A stretch of 64,000 bases of DNA from the NCBI GenBank assembly GCA_951406725.2, contig OX597814.1:150350001-150414000 (forward strand), given 5' to 3'. The notes beneath the pieces were generated by a model. The model was not told the origin of the DNA, made no database searches, and was given only the letters and a program-made list of their open reading frames with translations. The position numbers were made by a program, and so were the translations under genes. This document shows positions 11,579 through 25,825 of this stretch, piece after piece; the stretch's first letter is position 1, and each line of letters begins with the position of its first letter. This DNA comes from Octopus vulgaris (Eukaryota).

Positions 11579-12697
11579 TTTGGTGGATAGCAATGTGTTT
11601 GGCAAAGGTGTAATAAAAAGGAACACGTGGGGTAAGTATTCCAAAATGTATAAAAATGTACAAAAACGGCAAAAAAGCGGGCAGCAATGTGAGTGACAAC
11701 AACGAAAAAGCGAAAAGTGACCAAACTGAACAAACGAATAGAAAAGGTTTTTTGGTGCATACGACAAAAGCGGCTTATAATAAACCAAGATTTTGCAAGT
11801 AGCGTCCGAGGACCCTTAGGGTACGTCAAAAATTTAAGGTAAAACATTTTGGGTGGTAGTTATAATGAAAGTTTAAACAAAAAAGTATTCGAATAACTTG
11901 CGGCTGCAGCAGCTATTAGCAGAAGAAGTGGCAGTGTTGGGGGTAAAGTGTCGAATGTAATTTCTTCCTGGTAGGAATTGGTTGGGTTGAATTATCGATA
12001 GCTTTTTGATAGTTATTTCGGAGTTAAAAAGGTCGAGTTGCGTCCCCTAGACAGTCTGTTGTTTGTATTTAATACACAAATCAGTTTGCTATGTGTGCCA
12101 CATATGATTTAATTAACCGATTTTTTCCAGTAATAAAGTATCCTATTGGAATAAAAAAGGCCATATAGCTCCTTGGATCAGACATGATGCTCGCTGTGAA
12201 TTTAAAAAAAAAATCCTGCCAATTTGTGAAAGATATTGTCGAAAATATGTCATCTTGAATTTGAACGCGATTTCCCAAAATGGCATGATTTTATCGATTT
12301 TTTCTGATTGCATGGAAAACTAACGTCAGAATTAAGTTTCTTAGGGTAACATTAAGCTTCACCATGAGTTTGGTGAAAATCGATTGCAAGTTGCGAAAAC
12401 TACAACAGAAAATGTGTTGCATATAAAAAGCTTAGATTCTCGACCCCATGTCGAATTTATCGATTTTTTTCAGAACTGGGGAAACTTTTCAAAATTTTTG
12501 CTGCGTTAGTTTTGAATTATGACATTGGGCTATGTGTGTGTCAAGTTTCATCAGAATCGGTTGAAAGCCGTGGTCAGGGTGAGGATACAACCTGACAGGC
12601 ACACAGCCAGACACACAGACAGACAAACTGCCGTTTATATAGAGAGAGATATATTGAATGAGAGTCTGGTATATACGCAAATTGTGCAGAGGTCTGT

Positions 12698-12917
12698 CAC
12701 ATACATACATGCATGCCTACATACATACATACATACATACATACATACATGCATGCATGCATGCATACATACATACATACATACATACATAAATACATAC
12801 ATGCGTACGTACATACATACGTACATACGTACATACATACGTAGAAACATACATACATACATACATACATACATACATACATACATACATACATACACAC
12901 ATACATACATACATACA
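12698..12917. repeat. (CATA)n microsatellite
   Basis: Directly visible. Similar (TATG)n/(TA)n arrays lie at ~5725-5790, 5990-6180, 13670-14030 and 26670-26790. Confidence 0.95.
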
Positions 12918-13019
12918 TGGTGGTTGTTTACTTATATATATATGTACCGAAGTAAGCACATAAATGTGAAACAAGGTGGAAAAAAGAGTACTCAAATACC
13001 AGAGGTAGAGTCATATGCT

Positions 13020-13111
13020 ATATTTAAAAGTAGCAGTTTTGTAACAAAACTGCCCGACGAACGGGAGCGTGAAACTCTGGGTAACAGCTTGTGTTATATT
13101 TCTGCTGCTTT

Positions 13112-13118
<7 letters not shown>
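13020..13118 (+). ncRNA. degenerate minimal type I hammerhead ribozyme-like motif in a long hairpin
   Basis: CCGACGA (13054-60, U4 changed to C), then ACG/GGAG/CGT stem II, GAAAC, TCTGG and the GTA cleavage triplet (13081-83). The flanks pair as an extended stem I of ~34 bp. Confidence 0.6.
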
Positions 13119-13164
<46 letters not shown>

Positions 13165-13351
13165 GTACACATATTTCCTTTCATTTTCACACACACATAT
13201 ATATGCGTACATATCCATATGTATAGACATATACATAAATTTACTCATATACGCATACATCGAACGACACTCAGAGTATGGTGTCAACTAATATAATAAA
13301 CATCTCTGCATAGCCCACCATACTTATAGACGCATATACATACATACAAAC

Positions 13352-13403
<52 letters not shown>

Positions 13404-13433
13404 AATATGTACATACATATTTTTATATATTAC

Positions 13434-13466
<33 letters not shown>

Positions 13467-13662
13467 CATACATACATAATACACAGGATATGCGTCGACC
13501 TGGGGACCCTGAGGCTATGCGAAACGAAATCTCATGTTCAAGATATCATATAGTGGGTGTGAATGTACTAGAAATCACACAATAGTAAATCTGGCTTTGC
13601 CATTATAACTCACGTAATATGTGCTCACAAAAAAACGCAATTGCTTTTTGTGAAATTACATG

Positions 13663-13714
<52 letters not shown>

Positions 13715-14154
13715 TATATAAATATATATATATATATATAAATATATATATATATAATATATATATATATGTATGTATATATATATATGTATATATATGA
13801 ATATATATATATATATACATATATATATCCATATATACGTATTTGGATACACACACACTCAAACACACACATATATATATGAATATATATATATGTATAT
13901 ATATGAATATATATACATCTATGCATGTATATATGTATATATATATAATTATGTATGCATATATATATTTAAATACTCATATACATACACATTTACGTAT
14001 ATATAGATACATATATACATAAATGCATATACAGTTATTACCGTTATGATCCGAAAAGTATAACTTTTGCTTGGAATTCTAAAGTTTGGGTTCTTGTTAT
14101 ACACGCACACTTATTTACACATAAATATTATTTGGGAGAGTTTGTGTGAGGAAA

Positions 14155-14187
<33 letters not shown>

Positions 14188-16446
14188 TGTGTGTGTATTT
14201 AAGTGTAAGCGTACATACTTCAGTTAACAACCTTCGTTTGGGCACGTAATATGGCGAAGACATAAATTACACCATTTTCGTGCCATTGCTAAACAAAGAA
14301 ACAAATACCTCCACACTTAAAACATTTCAATATTTTTGAATAATCTAAATATACGCACGTATATAATGTTCTGGACTATGTTTATTACCGTCTCACATTA
14401 TAGATCGCCCACCTGGAAGCACTTTAATTACGAACGCACGTTAAGCAGACCAGTGAACTTTCTTTACTCGAAAAACCTATCCTATTTATGCTGTATTTTT
14501 TTGATATTGTTTTATTTTCCTGCAGATTGAAGAAAATAGAAAAAAAATTGTAGTTGTTATCGAAACCGGAAAATTTCTCAAAGAAATTATGAAATGATAA
14601 GAAAAATACATAACTGAGATAATAGTTGTTTTCTTTGAATGTTATAATGATTCCCTCTCTCTCACCCTTTGTATATCTATATATAAATGTGTGTGTGTGT
14701 GTGTGTTGATAGAGTAAGAGAGAAAGTGACAGAAACTACATATAAGATGAAGAAAATGTTTGTTTTACTGTGTGTTACACGAGCAATTTTAATTTGATTT
14801 GGAACTTAAAACCAAGCAAACATATATTGTTCAAGTCACAAAAACATGTCCCCCACAAAATATTATCTATACATAAAAGGCATCACTTGTTTTTTCTTAT
14901 TTGGTTTCATATTCTTTTTGTCACACTATAGGAACGTAGCACGAGAAAATAGTGTCAGTTCTGGGAGAGGTGAAAGAGGAATACACACACGCACATGCAC
15001 ACGCGCACACACACAAACACACACACAGACAAAAAGTATTATAAAGTGAGCTGTATGAGTATATAAGTAGAAGATTCGGTGTCTTATTGGCTGAAATGGA
15101 AGAAAATGTGCGGGAAAGGAGAGAGCACGAGTACTAAAGGGAAAGAAGACAAAGGTCTGCAACAGAGAGGAGGGAATTAGAGAGGTAACGTGAATAAGGC
15201 ATAGAGAGTGGGAGAACAATAAGGAGAATAACAGGTATAGACAGGAAGAGAAAAATGTTCATAATATTGATGTGTGTGTGTATGTGAGGGCAACATCTTC
15301 AGAAATCAAAAAGCAAAGTGAAAGTAGATTTTAAGGGAAGGAAATGATAGGAAATATTTTAAATAAATAAAAAATAAAAAAGAAACAAAGAATTGAATTG
15401 GTAGAAGTATAGTTTTTCTTGTTGTTTTGTACGTACATGTCGTGTATGTCATACTTCAACGTAAGAGATAAAAAGGTTGAAGGGAGAGGTATAAAGAAAA
15501 AGAGAAATAAAGGTGTTAAGCAGAGGAGGTATACTTGAAGGGAGTGGTAATGCGAGGGAGAGGGGAGAGATGGAAGCAGAGGAAGTATAGTTGAAGTGAA
15601 AGGCAAAGCGACGAAGAGGAGGAAGTAAGGAGTGAGAGAGGGAGAGGGAGAGGGGAGATTGATAGCGCTCTCTCAGCAAATAGCTATAGATATTACTGTT
15701 ACTTTTCTGTAGTTGAAGGTGGAGATAAAATGTTTATCAGTATTTTCAGAGTAGACTGATGCTTACATCGAAAGAAAAGTAGATACATAGATACACATAT
15801 TGTTAAATTAAAAGCAGGAGAGAAGAGGGACACAGAGGAAGTTAGAGAGAAAGAGAGACAGTAGATACATAGATCAAAAGAAAAGTTGATACATAGACAC
15901 ATTGTTAAATCAAAGACATATAACTAGAGCAAATATTGGATGTCGTTTTCACTTTTCATTACCACACGAGGATAAAATTAACTCGCAAGTAGCTTAGCAC
16001 TCCACAAACATGCATACCGTTAATGTATTCTCTCGTAGATTCAGCCTCACACAGAATATGACAAGGCTGGCCCCTTTCAATTACAGCTACAATTCATTTT
16101 GCCCAGCTGAGTGGACTGAAGCAAGATAAACCTTCAAACAGTAGGAAGAAAAGGAAAAAAAGATCATATATAATACAGGAAAATCTTTTTAGCCATTTGG
16201 GTCACTATGGGTGTTAATCCGGTCCTAACAGCGGCATTTGTGAGTCTCACAGATCTGGAGGCAAGGCCCCAGATAAACATCGATGCAGAGGCTTTTGTTA
16301 TCAAACCGAGAGTGAGTCCGTGGTGAAGTCACTACTCGACGGAATAGCAATTATTTCGTCCTAACTTTCATTGCTTATACTAAACACATGACATTTTTGC
16401 CTTACGATATAGAACATTTCCTTTTCTTTCAATATTTAAAGAAAAT

Positions 16447-16713
16447 GGCACTACATCGCTTACGACGACGAGGTTCCTGTTTACTCCAGAATGCATACCA
16501 TAACGTAGTTCTCTGGAAGATTCAGCCTCACACAGAATGTGACAAGGTTGGCACCTTTAATTACAGCTACAATTCATTTTTGCCAGCTGAGTGGACTGCA
16601 GCAAAGTGAAGTAGAGTACTTTGCTCAAGAACACAACGCACCGCCGGGAATTGTGCTCATAACTTTATGATCGTGGGCTGAATACCCCGAACCACTGAGC
16701 CACGCACATTCAC
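16447..16713 (-). mobile_element. chimeric SINE (family D-type head/body + family C-type tail)
   Basis: The minus strand reads TTGTGTTCTTGAGCAAAA..CAGTCCACTCAGCTGGCAAAAA (D), then CCTTGTCACATTCTGTGTG..GAGAACTACGTTA..CCTCGTCGTCGTAAGCGA (C). A second fragment lies at ~15990-16125. Confidence 0.75.
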
Positions 16714-17195
16714 TCTCTTAACCGTAGAGAAAAGGAACGAAGCGATAGAGACAGAGAAAGGACATTCGCAGTCATTTAAAATGACAATTAGACTGAAATA
16801 CATTCGATTTTTTTAGCTTCTTTACTTTTAATAATAAAAAGGAAAAGACATATATTAATGAATACAGGGATAGTCTTTCAGGTGTTTACGTTTTCCTTCT
16901 GGGAGTTCTCTCCACTTTCCCTCACTGCCAGTACTTAATCGCCTTCTTATATAGTTTTTCATATCTTTTAGTTGGGGGTAAAGACCATGTTTCTTTTTCA
17001 GGCACGTTTAACGTTTCCTCTACAAATACAAACAAGCGCCCCTCTCTTCCTTCTTTTTTTTTTTTACACAAAACCTAATTCAAATTTCGAACAGAGTATA
17101 CCTGTGTAAAGAGCACAGAAAAATGGGTAATACCCCCAACAAAATGGTTATGGGAGGAAAGTGGCTACACGAAATTCAACTCTATGCTTTAAAGA

Positions 17196-17437
17196 GTGTC
17201 TTCTACTATAGCCTCGGGCCGACCAAAGCCTCATGAGTGGATTTCATAGACGGAAACTGAAAGAAGCCCGTCATATATTTAGGAGTGGCTGCGTGGTAAG
17301 TAGTTTGCTTACCAAGCACATGGTTCCGGGTTCATTCCCACTGTGTGGCACCTTGGGCAAATGTCTTCTACTGTAGCCTCGGGCCGCCCAGAGCCTTGTG
17401 AGTGGATTTGGTAGACGGAAGCTGAAAGAAGCCCGTC

Positions 17438-17493
<56 letters not shown>

Positions 17494-17718
17494 AATGTGT
17501 GTGTGTGTGTGTGTCCGTATATGTTTGTGTGTCTGTGTTTGTCCCCCAACTGATGGTGGTGAGTTTACGTCCCCGTAACTTAGCGGTTCGGCAAAAGAGC
17601 CCGATAGAATAAGTATTGGGCTTCCAAAGAATAAGTCCTGGGGTCGATTTGCTCGACTAAAGGCGGTACTCCAGCATGGCCGCAGTCAAATGAATGAAAC
17701 TAGTAAAAGAGTAAAAGA
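17196..17718 (+). mobile_element. SINE family A (full copy 17281-17718, preceded by a partial copy)
   Basis: High similarity to 981-1364 with an expanded internal (TA)n/(TG)n tract. The body fragment is duplicated at 17196-17272. Confidence 0.85.
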
Positions 17719-17904
17719 ATAGGCAGATGATATGTTAGAGGTCCTGCAGGCAACAGTGGGTTAAAATACGATCATTTGAACTCGATCGTTATTCAACGAG
17801 ATTAATTACTGCGCAGCGTATTGTAATCAGCGCATTATAGTCTGCTCATTAGCCTTAGAGGCACCACCTTAGAGGTATTACAATAATTTGTGTTATAATA
17901 GGTC

Positions 17905-18261
17905 ATTAGCTTCAAATTTGGCACAAGAACAGCAATATTAGTTGGTGGGATTAGTTGCATGATTCTATATTCTATGATTTAAGTTTGCATGTTTTCGAAA
18001 TAAAGAATTGGGGTTTCATATTCTCTATTTGACAGGATTAATGAAATACGCTGATTACTCATTAGCCATTTTCATGCAATTTCTTGCAAAAAGCGAACCA
18101 ATTTTATAATTGTTTCCCCAGTGCAGCATATCTGGTGATCTTGCTAGCATTTAGACTATGCACACACACGCACACGTACGCACACACACACGCACGCACG
18201 CAAACACACACGTATATGTAACATTTAACGTATTATTTACTTCTGTATATCGTATTATATA

Positions 18262-18335
<74 letters not shown>

Positions 18336-18420
18336 CGTATAATTTGATAACAAGTTGACATCCATCTGCCTATAAGAGAGAAAAGAGAATGAGAGAGAGA
18401 GAGAAATATCTAATAGATAG
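17905..18420 (+). repeat. local direct duplication, copy 1
   Basis: Colinear with 19880-20375 (TATGATTTAAGTTTGCATGTT; TATTTGACAGGATTAAT; CATTAGCCATTTTCATGCAA; downstream GA-rich block). Confidence 0.85.
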
Positions 18421-18436
18421 AATTGAAAGCTACTAG

Positions 18437-18503
<67 letters not shown>

Positions 18504-18593
18504 ACTTACTTGGAAGAGGATGCGTAGCGTTCAATCGTATTATAATATACATTATATATATGTATATATACATACGTATATACATACGTATAC

Positions 18594-18646
<53 letters not shown>

Positions 18647-19457
18647 AAGGGGTACATATCTGAATGACCATCTATTACCTTCCTAGTCCGGGCATTGTTT
18701 ATGGATCGCCCATATACGCCACCAGTGTTATCCAAGGGAAAGACAAAGGTATACAGCTTGGCACCTACGTCGCAACTCATTCTACAGCTGAGTATATATA
18801 TATCCGGGATTCGAGCTCACAACCTCACGATCGTAATGCATATGTTGGTACAGGACATCATGAAATTTTTTACAACAAAAAAATACGATGTACGAGTATA
18901 TGTAATATAAACTACTTTTTTTAACAACGAAAGACACAAACGGAAAACAAGATAAACATCATAAAGAACGACCTTCATCAGTTGTTGACTGTTTTTATAC
19001 TCTCGTATTTCGAGCATTTAACAACAATATACTCCTTCGATAATGCAGTTGCTACGGTGAAGCAAATTAAGATAAAAAATTTGGATTTTGCGGAGGGTCA
19101 AAACAGAGACAATGAAAACAAATAAGTGGATGTGTCCATTCACTTTCGACAATAGATATCAGTCACCATATTCCTTTCCATATCAGCTAACTCTGATGAG
19201 CATAAGGTTATATAATAGGATTGTTACCTAACAGTCTGTAGTATTTCTAGCATGAAACCGATTGGTAAGATTGTCCGTCATGGATACATATTGCTGTGCA
19301 TTTTGGATAATATACTCTCTCTATTGATCGATATATGAGAGCATCTTTTCCTTGACTTATGGACTCTTAGACGACTCATGTACATATACACACATATATA
19401 TATATATATATATATGAAACGAAAGAAACTGACGGAGTGAACATATATATATATGTG

Positions 19458-19506
<49 letters not shown>

Positions 19507-19550
19507 GTTTGTGTTTCTATATATATGTATATAAGCTTATATATATACAC

Positions 19551-19604
<54 letters not shown>

Positions 19605-19879
19605 TAAGCTCGTAATTTGGCTTTTGGTGTACCCCAATCAATTGGTGACCCTTTGGCCTTTCCTAGATTCTATGACATAATATGCTTGTTCTCATACATA
19701 CATAATCGGAGGTACTACAGTCAATTAGAATATAATAGTCAATAGAATATAATAGTTATTTCCTGCAGACATCGGTGGGATAAAATACAATGATTTGAAC
19801 TCTGTCGTTATGCCACCCTTACAGTGATGATAATAATATAAAAATAAATTGTTTTAATCACTCAGTATCGGTGATTAGT

Positions 19880-20375
<496 letters not shown>

Positions 20376-20727
20376 GTAGGGGGAGATAGTGAGGGAGACA
20401 GAACGATACGTGAGAAGACAGAGCGGGATTTCCGAAACAGAACGAGAGCTAATGAGCACGCACGATATCCATACATTTTTGCTATTCTGTATGTGTACTT
20501 TTCTACAAAACTGAATGACTGTATGTGTACGTAGGTGTATTCACATGTACGTTTGTGTTCGTATCCATGCATGTGAGTGTATATGCCCAAGCTTATGTTT
20601 CAGTGTCTGTGTGTTATGTGACCACATGCATGTGTGCTAGTGCTTAAGAAATGTCTTTTTGGATGAGTGTTATTGGTATGCATATGTATCTAAGTGTGCA
20701 CACATTTTCTTATGCGTATGCGCGTTC

Positions 20728-20815
<88 letters not shown>

Positions 20816-21208
20816 CACGTGCATTTATTTTGAAAAAGCATATTTTTCGTTATTTGCGATTCATTCATTCATCGTTAGAAATAGCGACTTTTTTTGTAAT
20901 ATTTTGATATAATAACATATAAAATTAAATAGAACATCTTTACTCCTAAATCTCTGAACGATTGAAATTCTTGGTTTGAAGCTTCTAGGAATTAGATTCT
21001 CTCCAATTTTTTCTCAGATAGAAAAGCTTATGTCTAAAAGTACCTCGGTCGAAACATTTTATCATGACAATGCGAAGTTTAGTCTAAAAGTAAGGAACAC
21101 ACAAACAGAATTTGAATTTTTCTTATATAGATTTGATTACAGCGCAAAATAAATATAAAATTATTACAAAACTTTTCTGAAGTAAAATATGAACATATTT
21201 ACGGTAAC

Positions 21209-21247
<39 letters not shown>

Positions 21248-21250
21248 ACA

Positions 21251-21282
<32 letters not shown>

Positions 21283-22890
21283 TCACGCAAACATACACAG
21301 GCCCAAATACAAAAACACATATACACTGACGGGAAGGGTCACACTAGCTACAGTAAAAAAAAAGTACGAAAAAGGTGTGGCAGACCACGAAAATTGCCTC
21401 CTATACCTCCTTCAGACAACTATGTTCAAAGGTTTCAGTGAATATCTTTAGTATCAAACTGAACATGAAACCTCAATCATCCTGCGTATAAATGTAAGAA
21501 AGTAAGTCACAGACTGTAGTTTTTACAAGCATTCTGAGAGTTAGGTATTCAGTAAATACGGGATCCATTTCTTCCATCTACAAATAGCAGTCTCCTTTCT
21601 CTTCTCTCAATTTATTTAGTAGTCCCGTTATCTTTGCCTTTGTTTTGAGAAATATGAACTTCATTTCTACATGGGAGGTGAGATTCTCCTCATACCTCTT
21701 CCTTACCTTTGCAAATTCTTGTTGTTTTCTCTTTGCGCTATTCCCATTAGTCTGTCACCAATGCTTACTTTTCATCATGTCTTCAATATTACAAGAGCAT
21801 AGCGCAGTTGTAGAAAGGGTTTCTTTAGCCTTCTCGTCAGATTCTGAACACGAGGACAAGGTGGTATCATTCAACACTTCCGGTACCACGTGCAGTAGCG
21901 CCTAGTAACGACAAACGTCGCAGTCCACCGTTGATATTGCATTTTCTATTCTTTTAGCTTTTCCAATTCTTCCAGGGCAAAAACTTGTAAATCACCTTTA
22001 TTCTCGTGTAGCAGATAAGTTTTCTGCCTTCAGCGATTTGTGAATTTTTTTTCATACGGTACCCTACACACAGCACAATTTGAGGCCATGAAGACTTGCA
22101 TGTCGATAGTGAACTTATCTGACTTGCCTTTCGTCATCCTTTGTAGATCTTACTCCACATGTTAACCAACTCTACCTCTGCCTGCTCTTTCGAAGGATCA
22201 AGAAAAAACCTTAATGACTTGGGAAATGAAAATAGGCCACTTACCTTCTTTCTCCCATCTGTTTAACAGCTTTGGTTATAAATCATCTGTTTGCTTTTCA
22301 CCTAATTCTGTCAAGTAGTCTTGCTTTCGTTTGAATGATGCACCACATTAGTTTAAATATCTGTCGTTACTTTTATTAACAAAGCCTTTTTGTGTGTACA
22401 CGCATACGGTTGTTAGAAATAAAAAGAGAAGTAGGAAAGGGTGCACGCGCGCGCGTGTGTTGCTTTGTAGTTGATTTTCTAAGCATATCGTCATGCCTGC
22501 CATCGTAAGTAAATGTCAATGTCGCCTCATAAATATCAATATTTTCTATCTCAAAGGTGCATTAGATTTGTTGCAAAATGTTTCCTCGAGTTATTTTGTT
22601 TAAACTCTTTGGAAATATATTTACCGCTATGATTTTTGTTTCCGTGGGAAATACTCCTCAGCATTTGATAAATGTATGTGGACACAAGGCCGCAAGCGAG
22701 CGGAATTGCTACTGCACTGGACAAAATGCTTAACATTTCTTCAGGTTTACGTTATGAGTTTAAATTCCATCGTCCTCGACTTTGTCTTTCATCATTTCAG
22801 GTTCGATAAAATAGATATCAGTTGAACACTAGGTTTGATGTAATCGGCTATCTCCTTGCCCCCAAATTGTGGCTTATAATAGAAACTACA

Positions 22891-23117
22891 GGGCGGCGAG
22901 CTGGCAGAAACGTTAGCACGCCGGGCGAAATGCGTAGCCGTATCTCAACTGTCGTTACGTTCTGAGTTCCGCCGAGGTCGACTTTGCCGTTCATCCTTTC
23001 GGGGTCGATAAATAAAGTACCAGTTTCGCACTGGGTCGATGTAATCGAATTAATCCCTTTGTCTGTCCTTGTTTGTCCCGTCTATGTTTAGCCACTTGTG
23101 GGTAATAAAGAAATATA
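22891..23117 (+). mobile_element. SINE family B monomer with 16-bp TSD
   Basis: TSD TATAATAGAAACTACA at 22875-22890 and 23118-23133. Inserted in the tail of an older family B copy (22700-22890). Confidence 0.9.
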
Positions 23118-24949
23118 TATAATAGAAACTACATGTCTATCGATAATATAGAAGTAAAAATAAAAAAAAAAGAATCCAGTTTTACAGCAAAAGAAATCTT
23201 TTGTTTTCAACAGGACTGTGTATGGGTATAGATTCAACCTTCGTTATCAAAATGAAATATATAAAAAAAAAAAATATTCTTTCACGCATTTTTAAATTGT
23301 TAGAATTCAGCGCCTTGAAGAACGATTTGAAAATGCGACTGATCACATCAGCAGTCAATGCTATGCGGGTGCTACTGATGATGATGATGATGTCTACTCG
23401 TGTACATGACTTAACTACATTAGTATTCATAATTCTCATTATACTCTGACATTTATCCCCCATACACTTTGAATTTTCAATAGCACTTATTTATTACTTA
23501 AATGAATACTGAATTCGTATTATATTTTATTGGTGCTTCATTTTATCCAAGGCTATTACATTTAATTCCCATATGGCTAAATTCACTTAGCAGTAAGTCA
23601 ATTTTAAGAGTAGGAAAAGCCTACTCCGCTTACTAACATCAGTAATGTTTAATCAAATGTTTAGCAGATCTACAATGACCCCATCAATTCTATCGATAAA
23701 TATGTCTCGAATTATTTAAATAATGTCTCAACAACTCAGATATCCATGATAAGCATTAGTGAATCATTCATTTTATCATATCATCTGTCCAATACATTTG
23801 GCTTCATTCATTATGCTACAATGTTCATCTGACTTTATTACAAGTGTCTTTACGCCAATGCGTAGTTTATAATAAAATGAATATACATTTTCCTTTTAAA
23901 TTTTTTAAAATTTTGGAATATTTGGTATTAAATGATGTAAAATGAAAAAAGAATTTTCGTTATATAGCCTGGTCAGTGATACAATTCTGCAACATCTCCG
24001 CAGGGTCATTGACTTGGCAGTAAAACGTACCACAAAATCAAAATATTTATTTTGTAAATATTTTGTATTAGTGTATATTATTATTACTCCATAGTATAAC
24101 AAGAATGAAAGTATACGTATGTTTAGAATCGCTATCGTAATTTTATTATGATGTGATTAATTCGGTTTACTGTATAATTTCAGATCAAGTCACTTGGAAG
24201 ACTTTATTGTCTTACATATATTATTATGATTTGATTTTTTTTTACTTAGTGATATGTCAACGAGTCGGTTGCTTATGGTATTCATTACTATTGTCATGGA
24301 TAATTATCTTCTCTTCATTTTGCCCTATGAACTGCTGTATACATCCAACTGTGGCGCTATTCTTAATTTGAATAACATGTTGACTTTATAGAATTCGACT
24401 GAATTGAATTCTTTTGTTATTTGCATTAGAGTGGAAAGTACATTAAAATTTAAGCGTTGATGGAATTTAAACTTTACATATGAGAAAGCGGATAGAAAAT
24501 AGGAAATAGAAACAACGAAATAAAATATGTAAAAAGACATAACATAGCTACAAGATAAAATAGATGGAAAGCAGGAAATATATTCAAAAACAGAAAATAA
24601 AAAATTGATACACAAATATAGATTAGATAGAAATGCGAGCTTATAAGAGATTCTTTGCTTGGTTTCACGACCTGTAGATAAATTTCCCTCAAATCACACG
24701 CTACTGCATCATAGATAGAAGGATACATTACATTCTACAGACCTAGATGCATGAGTGTAGAAAATATTAGTGGAATGGTTACAGTTGGAATATTTACGTT
24801 CGTAAGTCTGCTAATATTTTGAAGTTAAACCGCAAAAACTATAATTTCTGTTTGTTCATTGATCCCAGATGATAAAGAAATAAAACTTTGTACACAGGTT
24901 ATGCTTTCAGAATAATATAATCAGAATTCAGAATAATATAACCGGAATA

Positions 24950-25145
24950 CAATATAATATAATATAATACAATACAATATAATATAATATAATATAATAT
25001 AATATAATATAATATAATATAATGTAATGTAATATAATGTAATATAATATAATATAATATAATATAATATAATATAATATAATATAATATATAATGTAAT
25101 GTAATGTAATGTAATGTAATGTAATATAATATAATATAATATAAT
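24950..25145. repeat. (AATAT)n/(AATGT)n pentanucleotide microsatellite
   Basis: Directly visible tandem array. Confidence 0.95.
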
Positions 25146-25614
25146 CAGAATACGTGAATGGCTAAATCTGTAGATCGCCTAACAAAATACGTTCCAGTAT
25201 TTAGTTACACTTATTTGCACTCCGAGTTCTAATCCTCCCAAGGCCTATTTTGCCTTTTATCTTTTAGAGGCTATAAAATAATCCATAGTCTCATGTTGGA
25301 GTTAATAAATTCAATTATATTCCTTCCCAAAAATATGCTGCTTTATGTCTATCTTAGGAAACAATGTTATATTGTTGTGACTCGATTTTTGAACCATATC
25401 TCAGAGTGTTTCGCCCTTAGCTGGTATTCTGATTCTCGATATCAGTCAATATTAAATGACATTTTAATCCTTCTGGGGTCGACTTTGCATTTCATCTTTC
25501 GAGTTCGGTAAAAAAAAGTACCTGTTGAGATTTGGGCCGATGTAATCGACTTAGCCCTTACCCCAAAATTGCCGGTCTTGTTTCAAAATTTGAAACGAAT
25601 ATTAAATGAGATTT

Positions 25615-25825
25615 TAAACTCAGGTCGGCTATGGTTGAGCAGACCTACGACTAATGGCATTCCAAATATGGCAACCCCATCTTTTGTTTTCAGACAGAGT
25701 GCAATCTAATGATACTTGATGGAATTACACAGTATGACTTTATTTCCTTTAAGGCAGTTGCATGTGGCTTGAGGGAAATTTAATACTATTCTTGGTAGCT
25801 CAAACGACTATGGTGAGGCTCCACA
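25615..25825 (+). repeat. unclassified dispersed repeat
   Basis: CAGGTC..GAGCAGACCTA..GGCATTCCA..GAGGCTCC. Diverged relatives at ~27695-27890 (-), ~50900-51040 and ~63070-63210. Confidence 0.5.

Larger units (their letters stand above)
7073..12649 (-). mobile_element. Helitron (rolling-circle transposon) with both termini, defective
   Basis: The minus strand begins A|TCTCTCTCTATATAAACGG at 12649 and ends ...GCTGCTAG|T at 7073, i.e. inserted in an AT dinucleotide with no TSD. A GC-rich subterminal hairpin CCCG..CGGG lies at 7085-7100. Internal Rep and PIF1-helicase coding remnants are present. Confidence 0.95.

Noticed and set aside
10189-11847. 552-aa ORF as an intact gene
   Set aside because: It is one frame-fragment of the Helitron RepHel. 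Its first ~130 aa are out of frame with the probable start (MPPKKRR at 11578), and it ends at a frameshift.
12519-14249. Long ORFs rich in YI/HT/MYVC dipeptides (also many others across the window)
   Set aside because: They are translations of (TA)n, (CA)n and (CATA)n microsatellites with no coding signal.
21400-22350. Possible CR1/L2 LINE remnant on the minus strand (likewise ~27300-27600 with LYMDD)
   Set aside because: The purine-rich, coding-like texture lacks enough ordered motifs to call by eye.
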